Shown here piece after piece: positions 50,180 to 61,534 of a DNA stretch of 64,000 bases. The notes below the pieces were generated by a model, which worked only from the letters and a program-made list of their open reading frames with translations, searched no databases and was not told the origin of the DNA. The DNA comes from Chiloscyllium plagiosum (taxonomy: Eukaryota), in NCBI RefSeq assembly GCF_004010195.1, contig NC_057720.1, forward strand, positions 21,911,042 to 21,975,041, read 5' to 3'. The position numbers were made by a program, and so were the translations under genes. Position 1 is the stretch's first letter, and every line of letters starts with the position of its first letter.

Positions 50180-53100
50180 TAAGAATAGCTACAGAAATGA
50201 AGATTGTTGAGGAAGGTTTGTCAACTGAGTCAGTGTGGGTGGAAGTTAGGAACAGCAAGCTAGCAGCCACCTCATTGGGGGTTTTCTACAGACCACCTAA
50301 TAGCAGCAGAGAGTTTGAAGAACTCATAGGTGGGCAGATTCTGGGAAAATGCAGAAGGAGCAGGATTGTTGTTATGGGTGATTTCAACTTTCCCAATATT
50401 GACTGGAATCTTCTTCGTGCAGATGGCTTGAATGGAGCCGTTTTTATCAGGTGTATTCAGGAGGGTTTCCTTACTCAATATGTAGACAGGCCGACGAGGG
50501 GAGAGGCCATTTTGGATTTGGTGCACGGCAACGAGCCAGGACAGGTGTCAGATCTCGCAATGGGAGAGCACTTTGGTGAAAGTGATCACAACTATCACAC
50601 ATTTAGCATAGCTTGGAAAGTGAAAGGAGCAGTTACCGAGGGAAGATACTTAACTGGGGAAAAGGAAATTATGATGTTATCAGACAGGAGTTGGGAAGTA
50701 CAGACTGGGAGCAATTGTTCCACAGAAAGGGCACAGCAGACAAGAGGAGACTATTTAAGGAGTAGTTGTTACGAGTGATGCACAAATTTGTTCCTCTGAG
50801 ACAGGTAAGAAGTGGTAAGATTAAGGAACCTTGGTTGACGAGAACAAAGGAACTTTTCGTCAAAAGGAAGAAGGCAGCTTATGTAAGGTGGAGGAAGCAA
50901 GGATCTAGCATAGCTTTAGAGGATTACAGACGTGCTAGAAAGGAGTTCAGAAATTGACTGAGGAGAGCCAGGAGGGGGGCACGAGAAAGGCTTGGTAAGA
51001 AGGAGAACCCAAAGGCATTTTACTCATACATGAGGAATAAGAGAATGATCAGGGAGAAGGTAGGACTGATCAGAGATAGCGGAGGGAACTTGTGTGTGGA
51101 GTCTGAGCAGATAGGGGAAGCCCTAAATGAGTTTTTGCTTCGGTTTTCACCAAGGAAAGGGAACTTGTTGTAAATGAAAACTTAGAGGAGCTGGGATACA
51201 GTCTTGACCAGATCAAGATTGATGAAGTTGATGTGCTAGAAATTTTGGAAAATATTAAGATTGATAAGTCCCCAGGGCCAGACCAGATTTATCCTAGGCT
51301 GCTCCGGGAAGCGAGAAAGGAGGTTGCTAAGCCGCTGGCCAGGATATTTACCTCCTCACTCTCCACGGGAGTTGTACCAGAGGATTAGAAGGAGGCGAAT
51401 GTTGTTCCACTTTTCAAGAAGGGTAAGGGGAAATCCCTGGCAATTACAGACCAGTCAGTCTAATGTCTGTGGTCAGAAAAGTTTTGGAAAGAATTTTTAG
51501 GGATAGGATTTATGACTAATTGGCAAAACATAGTATGATTAAAGGCAGTCAGCATGGCTTTGTGAAGGGCAGGTCATGTCTCACAAATCTTATTGAGTTC
51601 TTTGTGGAGGTATCAAGACAGGTCTAGAAGGTCGAGCAATGGATGTGGTGTATATGGATTTCAGCAAGGCATTTGATAAGGTTCCCCATGGTAGGCTTAT
51701 TCATAGAGTCAGGAAGTATGGGGTACAGGGAGATTTGGCTATCTGGATTCAGAATTGGCTGGCTGACAGAAGGCAGAGAGTGGAAGTAGATAGAAAGTAT
51801 TCTGCCTGGAAGACAGTGTTGAGTGGGGTCCCACAGGGCTCTGTTCTTGAGCCTCTGCTCTTTGTAATTTTTATAAATGACTTAGATGAGGAGGTTGAGA
51901 GGTGGGATAGTAAATGACACAAAGGTTGGAGGTGTCATTGATAGTATAGGGGGCTACTGCAGGNNNNNNNNNNNNNNNNNNNNNNNNNNNNNNNNNNNNN
52001 NNNNNNNNNNNNNNNNNNNNNNNNNNNNNNNNNNNNNNNNNNNNNNNNNNNNNNNNNNNNNNNNNNNNNNNNNNNNNNNNNNNNNNNNNNNNNNNNNNNN
52101 NNNNNNNNNNNNNNNNNNNNNNNNNNNNNNNNNNNNNNNNNNNNNNNNNNNNNNNNNNNNNNNNNNNNNNNNNNNNNNNNNNNNNNNNNNNNNNNNNNNN
52201 NNNNNNNNNNNNNNNNGGGAAGCCCTAAATGAGTTTTTGCTTCAGTTTTCACCAAGGAAAGGGAACTTGTTGTGAATGAGAACTTTGAGGAGCTGGGATA
52301 CAGGCTTGACCAGATCAAGATTGATGAAGTTGATGTGCTAGAAATTTTGGAAAATATTAAGATTGATAAGTCCCCAGGGCCAGACCAGATTTATCCTAGG
52401 CTGCTCCGGGAAGCGAAAAAGGAGGTTGCTAAGTCGCTGGCGAGGATATTTGCCTCCTCACTCTCCACGGGAGTCGTACCGGAGGATTAGAAGGAAGCGA
52501 ATGTTGTTCCACTTTTCAAGAAGGGTAATAGGGAAATCCCTGGCAATTACAGACCAGTCAGTCTTATGTCTGTGGTCAGAAAAGTTTTGGAAAGAATTTT
52601 TAGGGATAGGATTTATGACTAATTGGCAAAATATAGTGTGATTAAAGGCAGTCAGCATGGCTTTGTGAAGGACAGGTCATGTCTCACAAATCTTATTGAG
52701 TTCTTTGAGGAGGTATCAAGACAGGTCGATGAAGGTCGAGCAGTGGATGTGGTGTATATGGATTTTAGCAAGGCATTTGATAAGGTTCCCCATGGTAGGC
52801 TTATTCATAAAGTCAGGAAGTATGGGGTACAGGGAGATTTGGCTATCTGGATTCAGAATTGGCTGGTTTACAGAAGGCAGAGAGTGGATGTAGATAGAAA
52901 GTATTCTGCCTGGAGGACAGTGTTGAGTGGGGTCCCACAGGGCTCTGTTCTTGAGCCTCTGCTCTTTGTAGTTTCTATAAATGACTTGGATGAGGAGGTT
53001 GAGGGGTGGGATAGTAAATGACACAAAGGTTGGAGGTGTCATCGATAGTATAGGGGGCTGCTGCAGGGCAACATAGACAGGATGCAGAGCCTGGCTGAGA

Positions 53101-53910
53101 AATGGCAGGTGGAGTTCAATCTGGATAAATGCGGAGTGATGCATTTTGGGAGGTCGAACTCGAATGCTGAATATAGGTTTAAAGACAGGATTCTTGGCAG
53201 TGTGGAGGAACAGAGGGATCTGGGTGCACAAGTACATAGATCCCTCAAAGCTGCCACTCAAGTGGATAGGGTTGTTAAGAAAGCTTATGGTGTTTTGGCT
53301 TTCATTAGCAAGGGGGTTGGGTTTAAGAACTGTGAGGTTTTGCTACAGCTCTACAAGTCCCTGGTGAGACCACTCTTGGAATATTGTGTCCAGTTCTGGT
53401 CGCCCTACTATAGGAAAGATACAGAGGCTTTGGAGAGGGTGCAAAGAAGATTTACCAGGATGCTGCCTGAACTGGAGGGCTTGCCTTATGAAGAAAGGTT
53501 GAATAAGCTTGGACTTTTCTGTCTGGAGAGAAGAAGGAAGAGAGGAGACCTGATCGAGGTATACAAGATATTGAGTGGAATAGATAGAGTCAATAGCTAG
53601 AGACTTTTCCCCAGGGCAGGATTGACTGGTATGAGGAGTCATAGTTTGAAGATATTAGGAGGGAAGCATAAAGAAGACATTAGAGGTAGGTTCTTTACGC
53701 AGAGAGTTGTGAATGCATGGACTGCGTTGCCAGCTGTGGTGGTGGAAGCAGACTCATTGGGGACATTTAAGCAACTGCTGGACATGCACATGGATATCAG
53801 TGAGTTGAGGGGCGCGTTGGTTAAGTTACTATATTTTACATTAGGATTAAACTCGGCACAACATTGTGGGCCAAAGGGCCTGTTCTGTGCTGTACTTTTC
53901 TATGTTCTAA
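50180..53910 (+). mobile_element. Long CR1-type LINE ORF2 (endonuclease and RT) to 3' tail, disabled; internal duplicated segment around N-gap 51964-52216
   Basis: [61 protein letters not shown]; in-frame stops. Confidence 0.95.
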
Positions 53911-54777
53911 TAGTCTTTACCACTTGATCTTTATAAAAATATGTTGCAAGTTGTTAAACTTTCCATGAAACAATTTTTTAGTAATTATCATGATGATTAT
54001 TATTACAATACATTTAGTAAATAAAACAAAAAAAACAGGGGAACATAAGAAATAGAAGCAGGATCGGGACAGAGAGCCTGGAATCTCTTTCACATTTAGA
54101 ACGGTCACAGTTGAGCTTACACATCAAATCCTCTTCTCCACAATTGAACCCCAAATCCCCTCTTACCATAGTGTCCAAAAATCCATTGATATGGAAATAT
54201 TGAGTGTCCACAGTCTTCATCAATTTGTAGAAATATGTCAGCAAAATTGTTCTGGCTGTTCATGATTTTAAGTGGAGGATGCATGATCTATAAAATAACA
54301 CCCGTACAGACTCAATTCAGTTTAGCTCAAGTGAGACCTTGTAGTGGTGCCCGCATCCTTCCCATACATTTGACATCCAAAGAAAACTAGGTTGGCTTTC
54401 TTTGGGGGAGATTGGGAGTAGGAAGTGGAGACCATCAGGGTTTCTACATTCGGTTCATGGCCTATCAGTCCCTCGGAATTGAAAATTGCTAAATTTTCAG
54501 GTTGCTCCTTTTAACAGGTTTGGTGGGGGTTGGAGGTGTTGAGGGGTTGGTAGGAAATGAACCAGTTAGAAAGCACCCACCAGCAGTATTCTTAACTGCT
54601 CTCTGGTGTCTCGCCTTTTGCTCTTGCATTCAGAAGCAAGCGTCCAAGATGCTAATGAAATATTTGTACAATAGATGAGCCATCCCTGGCCTTCGATGTA
54701 CCATATTCAAGAGTGAATGATATAGTAGAATTTTGCTTCACTGCAAGGCTTGTCAAACGTGAAGATTTTCAGATCTA

Positions 54778-55420
54778 GGATTAGAATTAGAATTTTAGAA
54801 TTAGAATTAGATTTTATTGCGATGTGTACTCAAGGACAGGGATACAGGAGTACAGTGAAAAGTGTACAATGTTGCCATTCCTGGCGCCATATTAGACACA
54901 AAGGTATCTACGTACAAAATCTCAGGTATAAAGAAACAAAGTTAAAAGTTCAACATTACATTCTCTCTTAGTACAGAGGAACCTCGATTATCCTGCATTC
55001 GATTAATCGAATTTCGGATTATCCGAACAAGATCGCAAGGTCCCGATGCTTGGCTAAAATAAGTTATCCGGCATTCGATTACCGGCATTCAATTGACTGA
55101 ATGAAATACCCTGTCCGTGTCCTTCGGATAATTGAGGTTCCTCTGTATAAAGTACAAAAGTAAAGAAATCAAGTTAAAAGTTCAATAGTCTTCCTTAAGT
55201 GCTTGGCCATGCTGACCTCGCACTACCTACAAGGGTTTAATCTGCTTTAACCCACTCTCCGGGAGATCTTGGACTGTCTGCTCTCACTGCTGCTACAGAT
55301 GCCAGGGGCCTTCCTCAACACTGCATTGGGCTCACTCTTCTCACGTTGGGCTCAATCTCCAACCGTCAAAGTCCCAATCCAGGCTCCCAGCCACCATCAT
55401 GCTCCGGACTCGACAAAGCC
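54778..55420 (-). mobile_element. Probable non-LTR element 3' UTR fragment with (ttagaa)n tail, interrupted by a MITE
   Basis: Short tandem tail ttagaattagaa followed by ttttattg; partial similarity to 44760-44900. Family not identified. Confidence 0.35.
54974..55145. mobile_element. Tc1/mariner-pogo (Tigger-like) MITE, 172 bp
   Basis: TIRs cagaggaacctcgattatcc / ggataattgaggttcctctg (1 mismatch in 20), TA on both sides, internal ttcgattatccg-like sub-repeats. Confidence 0.88.
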
Positions 55421-56612
55421 AAGCATACTTAAAGCTGGAAAATAACTCAATATGGCTATGTATATCAATACGTATTGCCCATATGAAACTGCTTAATTAG
55501 ACAAAATAAAAATGATAACTCACTCGGTGACAACTGTGCTTTGATTTTCCTCTCTTTGAAAGCTATGTTTGCAATTTTATAATTTTCAGGAGACGGGTAA
55601 AAGAAATAGTTGACGGGACAAGTTGTAGCAGAAGTCATTAGGTGTAATCTAGATGAGCTCAGAAACCTGTGTGAAATTCCAGTACATTCCTAACAGCTTT
55701 TCAATTATGTAATTGTACTCCATTTACCCTGGAGTCTAACAATGCAATATTAGAAAAAGATTTATAAATGCTGCTAGGCTTGTTGCAGCCAAAGACAAAA
55801 TAAAATAGAATCCAATCAGGCGTTCTTCAGCTATGAGAATTTGTAACCCTGCAGTTATTATGGTGAAATGGGGCTCCTGTGAAGGAGACACTATCAGGAT
55901 AGACCACTTGATTGATTGGGAGAAGGCTAGAAATATCTGTTTCGGAACATTTTTGATCCAATATTATAAGGCATTTTAGAGGGACTTATGAAACTAATAG
56001 TGAGACATTAATTTGACATCCTCACTACATGAGAGAGTAATTGTCCATTTTGAAAACATTAACTTTGGAACTATGGATTCTTTTTGTCACTTTATTCAGC
56101 AGTATTTTCTCTGTTTGAACAAAATACCACACATTTAAAGTTTTGATTTTGTTCCTTTTTGTGAAAAGGGCAGCAATAATGAGTTTTACCCAACAAAATG
56201 TTCATTGCATTTCAAATTTTGTGGACAGAAAAGAAAATCAAATGAAATAAACATTTGTCAGGCATGTGTTGGGACCTCAACATTGCATTGTATTTACTAC
56301 AGACAGATGATAGGATAGAACGCCACATAACCAAAATTGCTGATGAACCAAACATAGGCAGTATTCTTAGCTTTACCATGTAGATATACATCACCATCAC
56401 CACTATCACCATGCCCCCAAGGCCACCTCCTCCTGCTCCTTCTCCTCCTGCTTCTCCTTCCTCATCTAGGATTTAATTGAGAGGCAAGGCAGACAGCCCG
56501 ATAATACACAATTCTGTCAGCAGAGGTGCTGCTGAACATGATGGATAGCTCATCCCAAATATTTAAATGTTATCTCTGACCTCCATTATTGGGAGCATGG
56601 ATGTTTGCAATT

Positions 56613-56915
56613 ATAGAGTCATAGAGTCATAGAGATGTACAGCATGGAAACAGACCCTTAGGTCCAACTTGTCCATGCCGACCAGATATCGCAACCCAAT
56701 CTAGTCCCACCTGCCTGCATCTGGACTTCAGTAAGGCCTTTGACAAAGTCTCATATGGCAGGCTGGTCCAAAAGGTAAGTGCCCATGCGATCCAATGCAA
56801 GTTAGTAAACTGGATCCAAAATTTGCTTCCAAATAGGAGGCAAAGCATGATGATGGAGGGTTGATTTTGTGATTGGAAGCCTGTGACCAGTCGTGTAAAA
56901 CAGGGATTGCTGCTG
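56613..56915. mobile_element. CR1 3' tail (minus) joined to a CR1 RT fragment (plus)
   Basis: gagtcata repeats, then ctggacttcagtaaggcctttgacaaagtc ([10 protein letters not shown]). Confidence 0.8.
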
Positions 56916-56930
56916 ATCAAATCCTTGCAG

Positions 56931-56966
56931 GAATCTGATGAAGGGCTTTTGGCCGAAACATCGATT
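56931..56966 (+). ncRNA. Isolated P1-type hammerhead core
   Basis: AAU CUGAUGA AG GGC UUUUG GCC GAAAC AUC GAUU without recognisable flanking pseudo-LTR. Confidence 0.5.
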
Positions 56967-56969
56967 AAG

Positions 56970-57955
56970 CTATCTGACCTTCAATACTTTTCTTGGACTT
57001 GCTGTCCTTGCCCTTCACTCTTAGAGAAACACGCTGGCCCTGAATTCTCACTATACTATTTTTAACAGATTCCCACTTTTCAAATGTAAATTACCTGCAA
57101 GTCATTGCTCTCAAACTAATTTGCCAGATCCTAGCTCATGGTATTGAAATTGGACTTCCCCCAATTTAGACACTCAAGCTTGCACTATTCTTATTTCTTT
57201 CCTTAGTGACTTTGAAACTTAGAATTATCTGCAAAATGTACTCCCACTGAAATATTAACCACTTGATTTCCTAGGATTTCGTCTAGCACTGCCCTATCTG
57301 TGGTAGGAGAAAGTGAGGACTGAAGATGCTGGAGATCAGAATCAAGAATGTGGTGCTGGAAAAGCACAGCAGGTCAGGTAGCATCTGAGGAGCAGGAGAA
57401 TTGAATTTTTGGGCTAGAGCCCTTCATCCGTAGTAGGACTAAGTACTGGCATGAAAAACCCTCTTAGGTCTACTTTAAAAATGCCACCATGTCCAAGCAT
57501 TTCACACAAAGACGATCTGAGTTAATATTAACAAAGTTGAAATACCTTATGACTATAACTCTGTTTCTGTCACCTTTCTGTGATTTGTCTACATATCTGA
57601 TCCTCCATCTCCATCTGACTGTTGGGAGGAGTGGCACTTCAACAGTTTTCTTCTTCAATCTACTAGATAGCTCTCTAAATTTCTGCGTAGGACATTATGT
57701 CTTTGGTACTAGCATGGACCATGAGTGCTCACTGTTCATCCTCCCCCTTCAGCCTATCCTGCATCCGCTCTGAGAATCCCTGACCCTGGCACCAACGAGG
57801 CAAAACCCATTCGAGAGTCTTGTTTGCTGCCACAGAACTCCTTGTCAGTTTCCCTTCACATTCATGTGAGTTTTCACTAAAGCTCCCAGTAACTGTCCTC
57901 TACTACTGTGCACCACGGTGCCAAAAACTTGGCTGGTGCTGCTTTCCCTTGACAG
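56970..57955 (-). mobile_element. Old CR1-type endonuclease-region remnant containing a P1 fragment at 57305-57430
   Basis: RVIVIRYFNFVNINSD (degenerate GDFNFPNIDW); ccccaatttaga. The P1 arm matches 1-120. Confidence 0.6.
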
Positions 57956-59900
57956 AGTTAAAACTTACACACCAGGTTACAGTCCTTTAGGTTTATTTGA
58001 AAGTATAAGCTTTCGGAGCACAATCTGTATGCAGTCAGTTCATGTGACATATTATCAATTCCTCCTTTGAAAATAGAAACAAGCTTGCGAATACAAACAG
58101 ACTCTAACCTCACACCTTTAATGTATTGTCTGAGCTGAGATGGCATTTTAAAAAAAATCCTTATATCATCTTGGGACTGTGACTTGAAAGAAGTTCTGGG
58201 ATTTACATATTAGCGTCACAGAGTCATAGAGATGTACAGCACGGAAACAGACCTTCGGTCCAACTCATCCATGCCGACAAGATATCCTAACCAAATCTAG
58301 TCCCACCTGCCAGCACCCGGCCCATATCCCTCCAGACCCTTCTTATTTATATACCCATTCAGACGCCTTTTAAATGTTGCAATTGTACCAGCCTCCACCA
58401 CTTCCTCTGGCAGCTCATTCCATGCACATACCACCCTTTGTGTGAAAAAGTTGCCCCTTACATCTCTTTTATAACTTTCCCCTCTCACCCTAAACCTATG
58501 CCCTCTAGTTCTGGATTCCCCCACCCCAGGGAAGAAACTTTGTCCATTTATCTTATCCATGCCCTTCATGATTTTATAAATCTCTATAAGGTCACCCCTC
58601 AGCCTCCGACACTCCAGGGAAAACAGCCTATTCAACTTCTTCCTATAGCTCAAATCTTCCAACCCTGGAAACATCCTTGTAAATCTTTTCTGAACCCTTT
58701 CAAGTTTCACAACATCCTTCCAATAGGAAGGAGACTAGAATTGCATGCAATATTCCAACAGTGGCCTAACCAATGTCCTGTACAGCTGCAACATGACCTC
58801 CCAACTCCTGAACTCAGTTCTGACCAATAAAGGAAAGCATACCAAACATCATCTTCACTATCCTATGTACCTGCGACTCTACCTTCAAGGAGCTATGAAC
58901 CTGCACTCCATGGTGTCTTTGTTCAGCAACACTTCCCAGGACGTTACTATTAAGTGTATAAGTCCTGCTAAGATTTGCTTTCCCAAAATGCAGCACCTCA
59001 CATGTTTTCCATGGATGTATTTCTGGGAATATCCTCCCTCAGTACAACTGTAATGTTATCATTTATCAAAAATGCCACTCCCCCTCCTCTCTTGCTTCCC
59101 TTTCTGTCCTTCCTGTAGCATTTGTATCCTGGAACATTAAGCTGCCAGTCCTGTCCATCCCTGTGCCACATTTCTGTAATTGCTATGATATCCCATTCCC
59201 TTGTTCCTAACCATGCCCTGAGTTCATCTAACTTCCCTGTTAGAGTTTATATCTTCCCGAGCAGCTCTAGCAAATCTCCCTGCTAGTATATTAGTCCCCT
59301 TCCAATTCATGTGCAATCCATCCTTCTTATACTGGTCACTTCTACCCCAGAAGAAATTCCAATAATCCAAAAATGTGAATCCTTCTCCCATACACCACCT
59401 CATCAGCCATGCATTCATCTGCTCTATCCTTCTATTCCTGCCCTCACTAGCTCATAGCAGCAGGAGTAATCCAGATATTACTACTCTCGAGGATTCCTTT
59501 TTAACTTCCTGCCTAACTCTCTATATGCTCCCTTCAGAATCTCATCCTTTTGCCTTCCGATGTCCAATATGTACAATGACCTCCTGCTGGTCCCTCTCCC
59601 CCTTGAGAACATTCTGCGCCCTCTCTCAGTTTAATCAATCAAAACCTACATCCTCATTCTAAGTGATTAAATACTTAACAGCAATCTAGGTTTGTTCAAT
59701 ATATCACATCGGTTGTATGACACTTTGATCTTTTACTATAAATTTTGTGTCCTATGATCCTACCCCACTAACTACCTGACAAAGGACCAGCGCTCCGACA
59801 GCTTGTATTTCCAAATAAAGTTGTTCGGCTATAACCTAGTGTTGTGTGATTTTTTTATATCTTTGTCTATCCCAGTCCAACACCAGCTCCTCCACATCAT
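57956..59900. mobile_element. Longer P2-family element with inverted ends, split by a CR1
   Basis: Left end acaccaggttacagtcc...tttatttgaaag...agctttcggagc; right end cctgacaaaggaccagcgctccgacagctt...ccagtccaacaccagctcctccacatcat; AT-rich non-coding interior. Confidence 0.65.
58213..59628 (-). mobile_element. CR1-type LINE (family A) with large internal deletions
   Basis: 3' ORF2 (KLERVQKRFTRM...), short endonuclease piece, ORF1 piece (WFFWGRSDQYKKDGLHMNWKGTNILAG-like motif). Confidence 0.9.
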
Positions 59901-60245
59901 AACTTCTCTTGAGATACCATCCTTTCTGACAGTATCCAACACTGTACACCATGTTGAGAGGCTAATGGCCACAGGGGACTCCTGCACTGCTTAAAGATCT
60001 TCCAGAAGACTGGAGGTTGACTAACATCATGCCACTATTTAAGAAAGACAGTAAGGAAAAGCCAGAGAACTATAGACCAGTAAGCCTGACATCAGTGGTG
60101 GGTAATTTGTTGAAGGGACAGGATTTACATGTATTTGAAAAGTCAAGGTCTGATTAGGGATAGTCAACATGATTTTGTGTGTGGTTGAGTTTTGATTGAG
60201 TTTTTGGAAGAACTAACATAGAGGATTGATGAAGGCAGAGCAGTG

Positions 60246-60870
60246 TGTTATGGACTAGGCCAGATCACTCAAAACATTCTTAAGCAGACAACCCAGACTG
60301 TAACTTTGCAATATGTTTCACTAAGTGTACAGTGAAAATTACCCTGGGTAAGTTAGCTAGGTTGACTACCAGGTTTTAAAACAGACAAAAATTTATTCAC
60401 AAAATTACAGAATGAAACACAAAGAATATAGAATACCCACAGAACTCAGATTATCCCAAGCTAGACTTAATTATGCTGTTCCGAATATACACAACAGCCT
60501 CAATAAACAAATCCCTTAAACACAGAGCAAAAATGAAACAGAGACTTACAGGTCGAAGGGCAGAAGGAGAGAAAGTCTAGCAGCCTGTTTCCACACAGTC
60601 CACAGCTGGACTCACTCTAACTGAACTTCGGTTTTCAGGACAGACCACTCCCCTTTCATGATACAGGTCATTTCTAAAACATAAAAGCTTTGGCCTAAAG
60701 TCTCATCTGTTTACACATAAACAAAAGGCCTCCCAGAAACCTTTCATCTCTGTACCAAAGCAGTTGTTTCAGAGCCTGGAGTGTTTTCTGACTCCTCTGA
60801 AAAAAGTCAAGGACACAGTGTCCTTGAGAAAAGGAACAACTTTTAGAAAAAAGGGACCAGCTTTATGACA
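60246..60870 (-). mobile_element. Solo LTR with 4-bp TSD
   Basis: TGTTATGGAC...TTATGACA; TSD AGTG at 60242-60245 and 60871-60874; excision restores CR1 GRAVDMIY. Confidence 0.88.
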
Positions 60871-61401
60871 AGTGGACATGATCTATGAGGACTTCAGTAA
60901 TGTATTCAACAAGGCTCTTCACCATAGATTGGTTAACAAGGTTAGAACACATGAATACAGACAGAACTAGCCATTTGGATACAGAACTGGATCGAATGTG
61001 GGAGACAGACGGTGGTAGTGAAGGGTTGCTTTTCAGACTGGGGGCCTATGGCCAGCGGTGTGCCATAAGGATCGGTGCTCGGTTCACGGATTTATGTCCT
61101 TTCTATAAATTATTTGGATGTGAACACAGGAGGTATAGTTAGTTAGTTTGCAGATGACACCAAAATTGGTGGTGTAGTGGACACCTCAGAGTACAATGGG
61201 ACCTTGATCAGATGGGTCAATGAGCCAAGAGGTTTAATTTTGATAAATGTGAGGGGCTGCATTTTGGAAAGGCAAATCAGGGCAGGATTTATACCCTAGA
61301 TGTTAAGGTCCTGGGGAGTGTTGCTGAACAAAGAGACCTTGGAGTGCAGGTTCACTTTTCCTTGAAAGTGGAGTGGCAGGTAAACAGGATAGTGAAGAAG
61401 G

Positions 61402-61534
61402 CACAAAAACAGATGTTGCTGGAAAAGCTCAGCAGGTTTGGCAGATCTGTGAAGAGAAATCAGAGTTAACATTTTGAGTCTGTTGACCCTCAGAACAAAC
61501 TTGAAACATTAACTCTGATTTTGTTTTAATTTAC
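61402..61534. mobile_element. Short fold-back P4 element
   Basis: aaatcagagttaacatttt / aaacattaactctgattt inverted. 9-bp TSD tgaagaagg at 61393-61401 and 61535-61543. Confidence 0.78.

Noticed and set aside
54778..54812. Telomere-like repeat
   Set aside because: The unit is TTAGAA, not TTAGGG, and it fits a retroelement tail.
55590..55641. Acceptor followed by RRVKEIV, resembling an HSP90 peptide
   Set aside because: The similarity ends after 7 residues, a stop follows, and there is no other HSP90 sequence.
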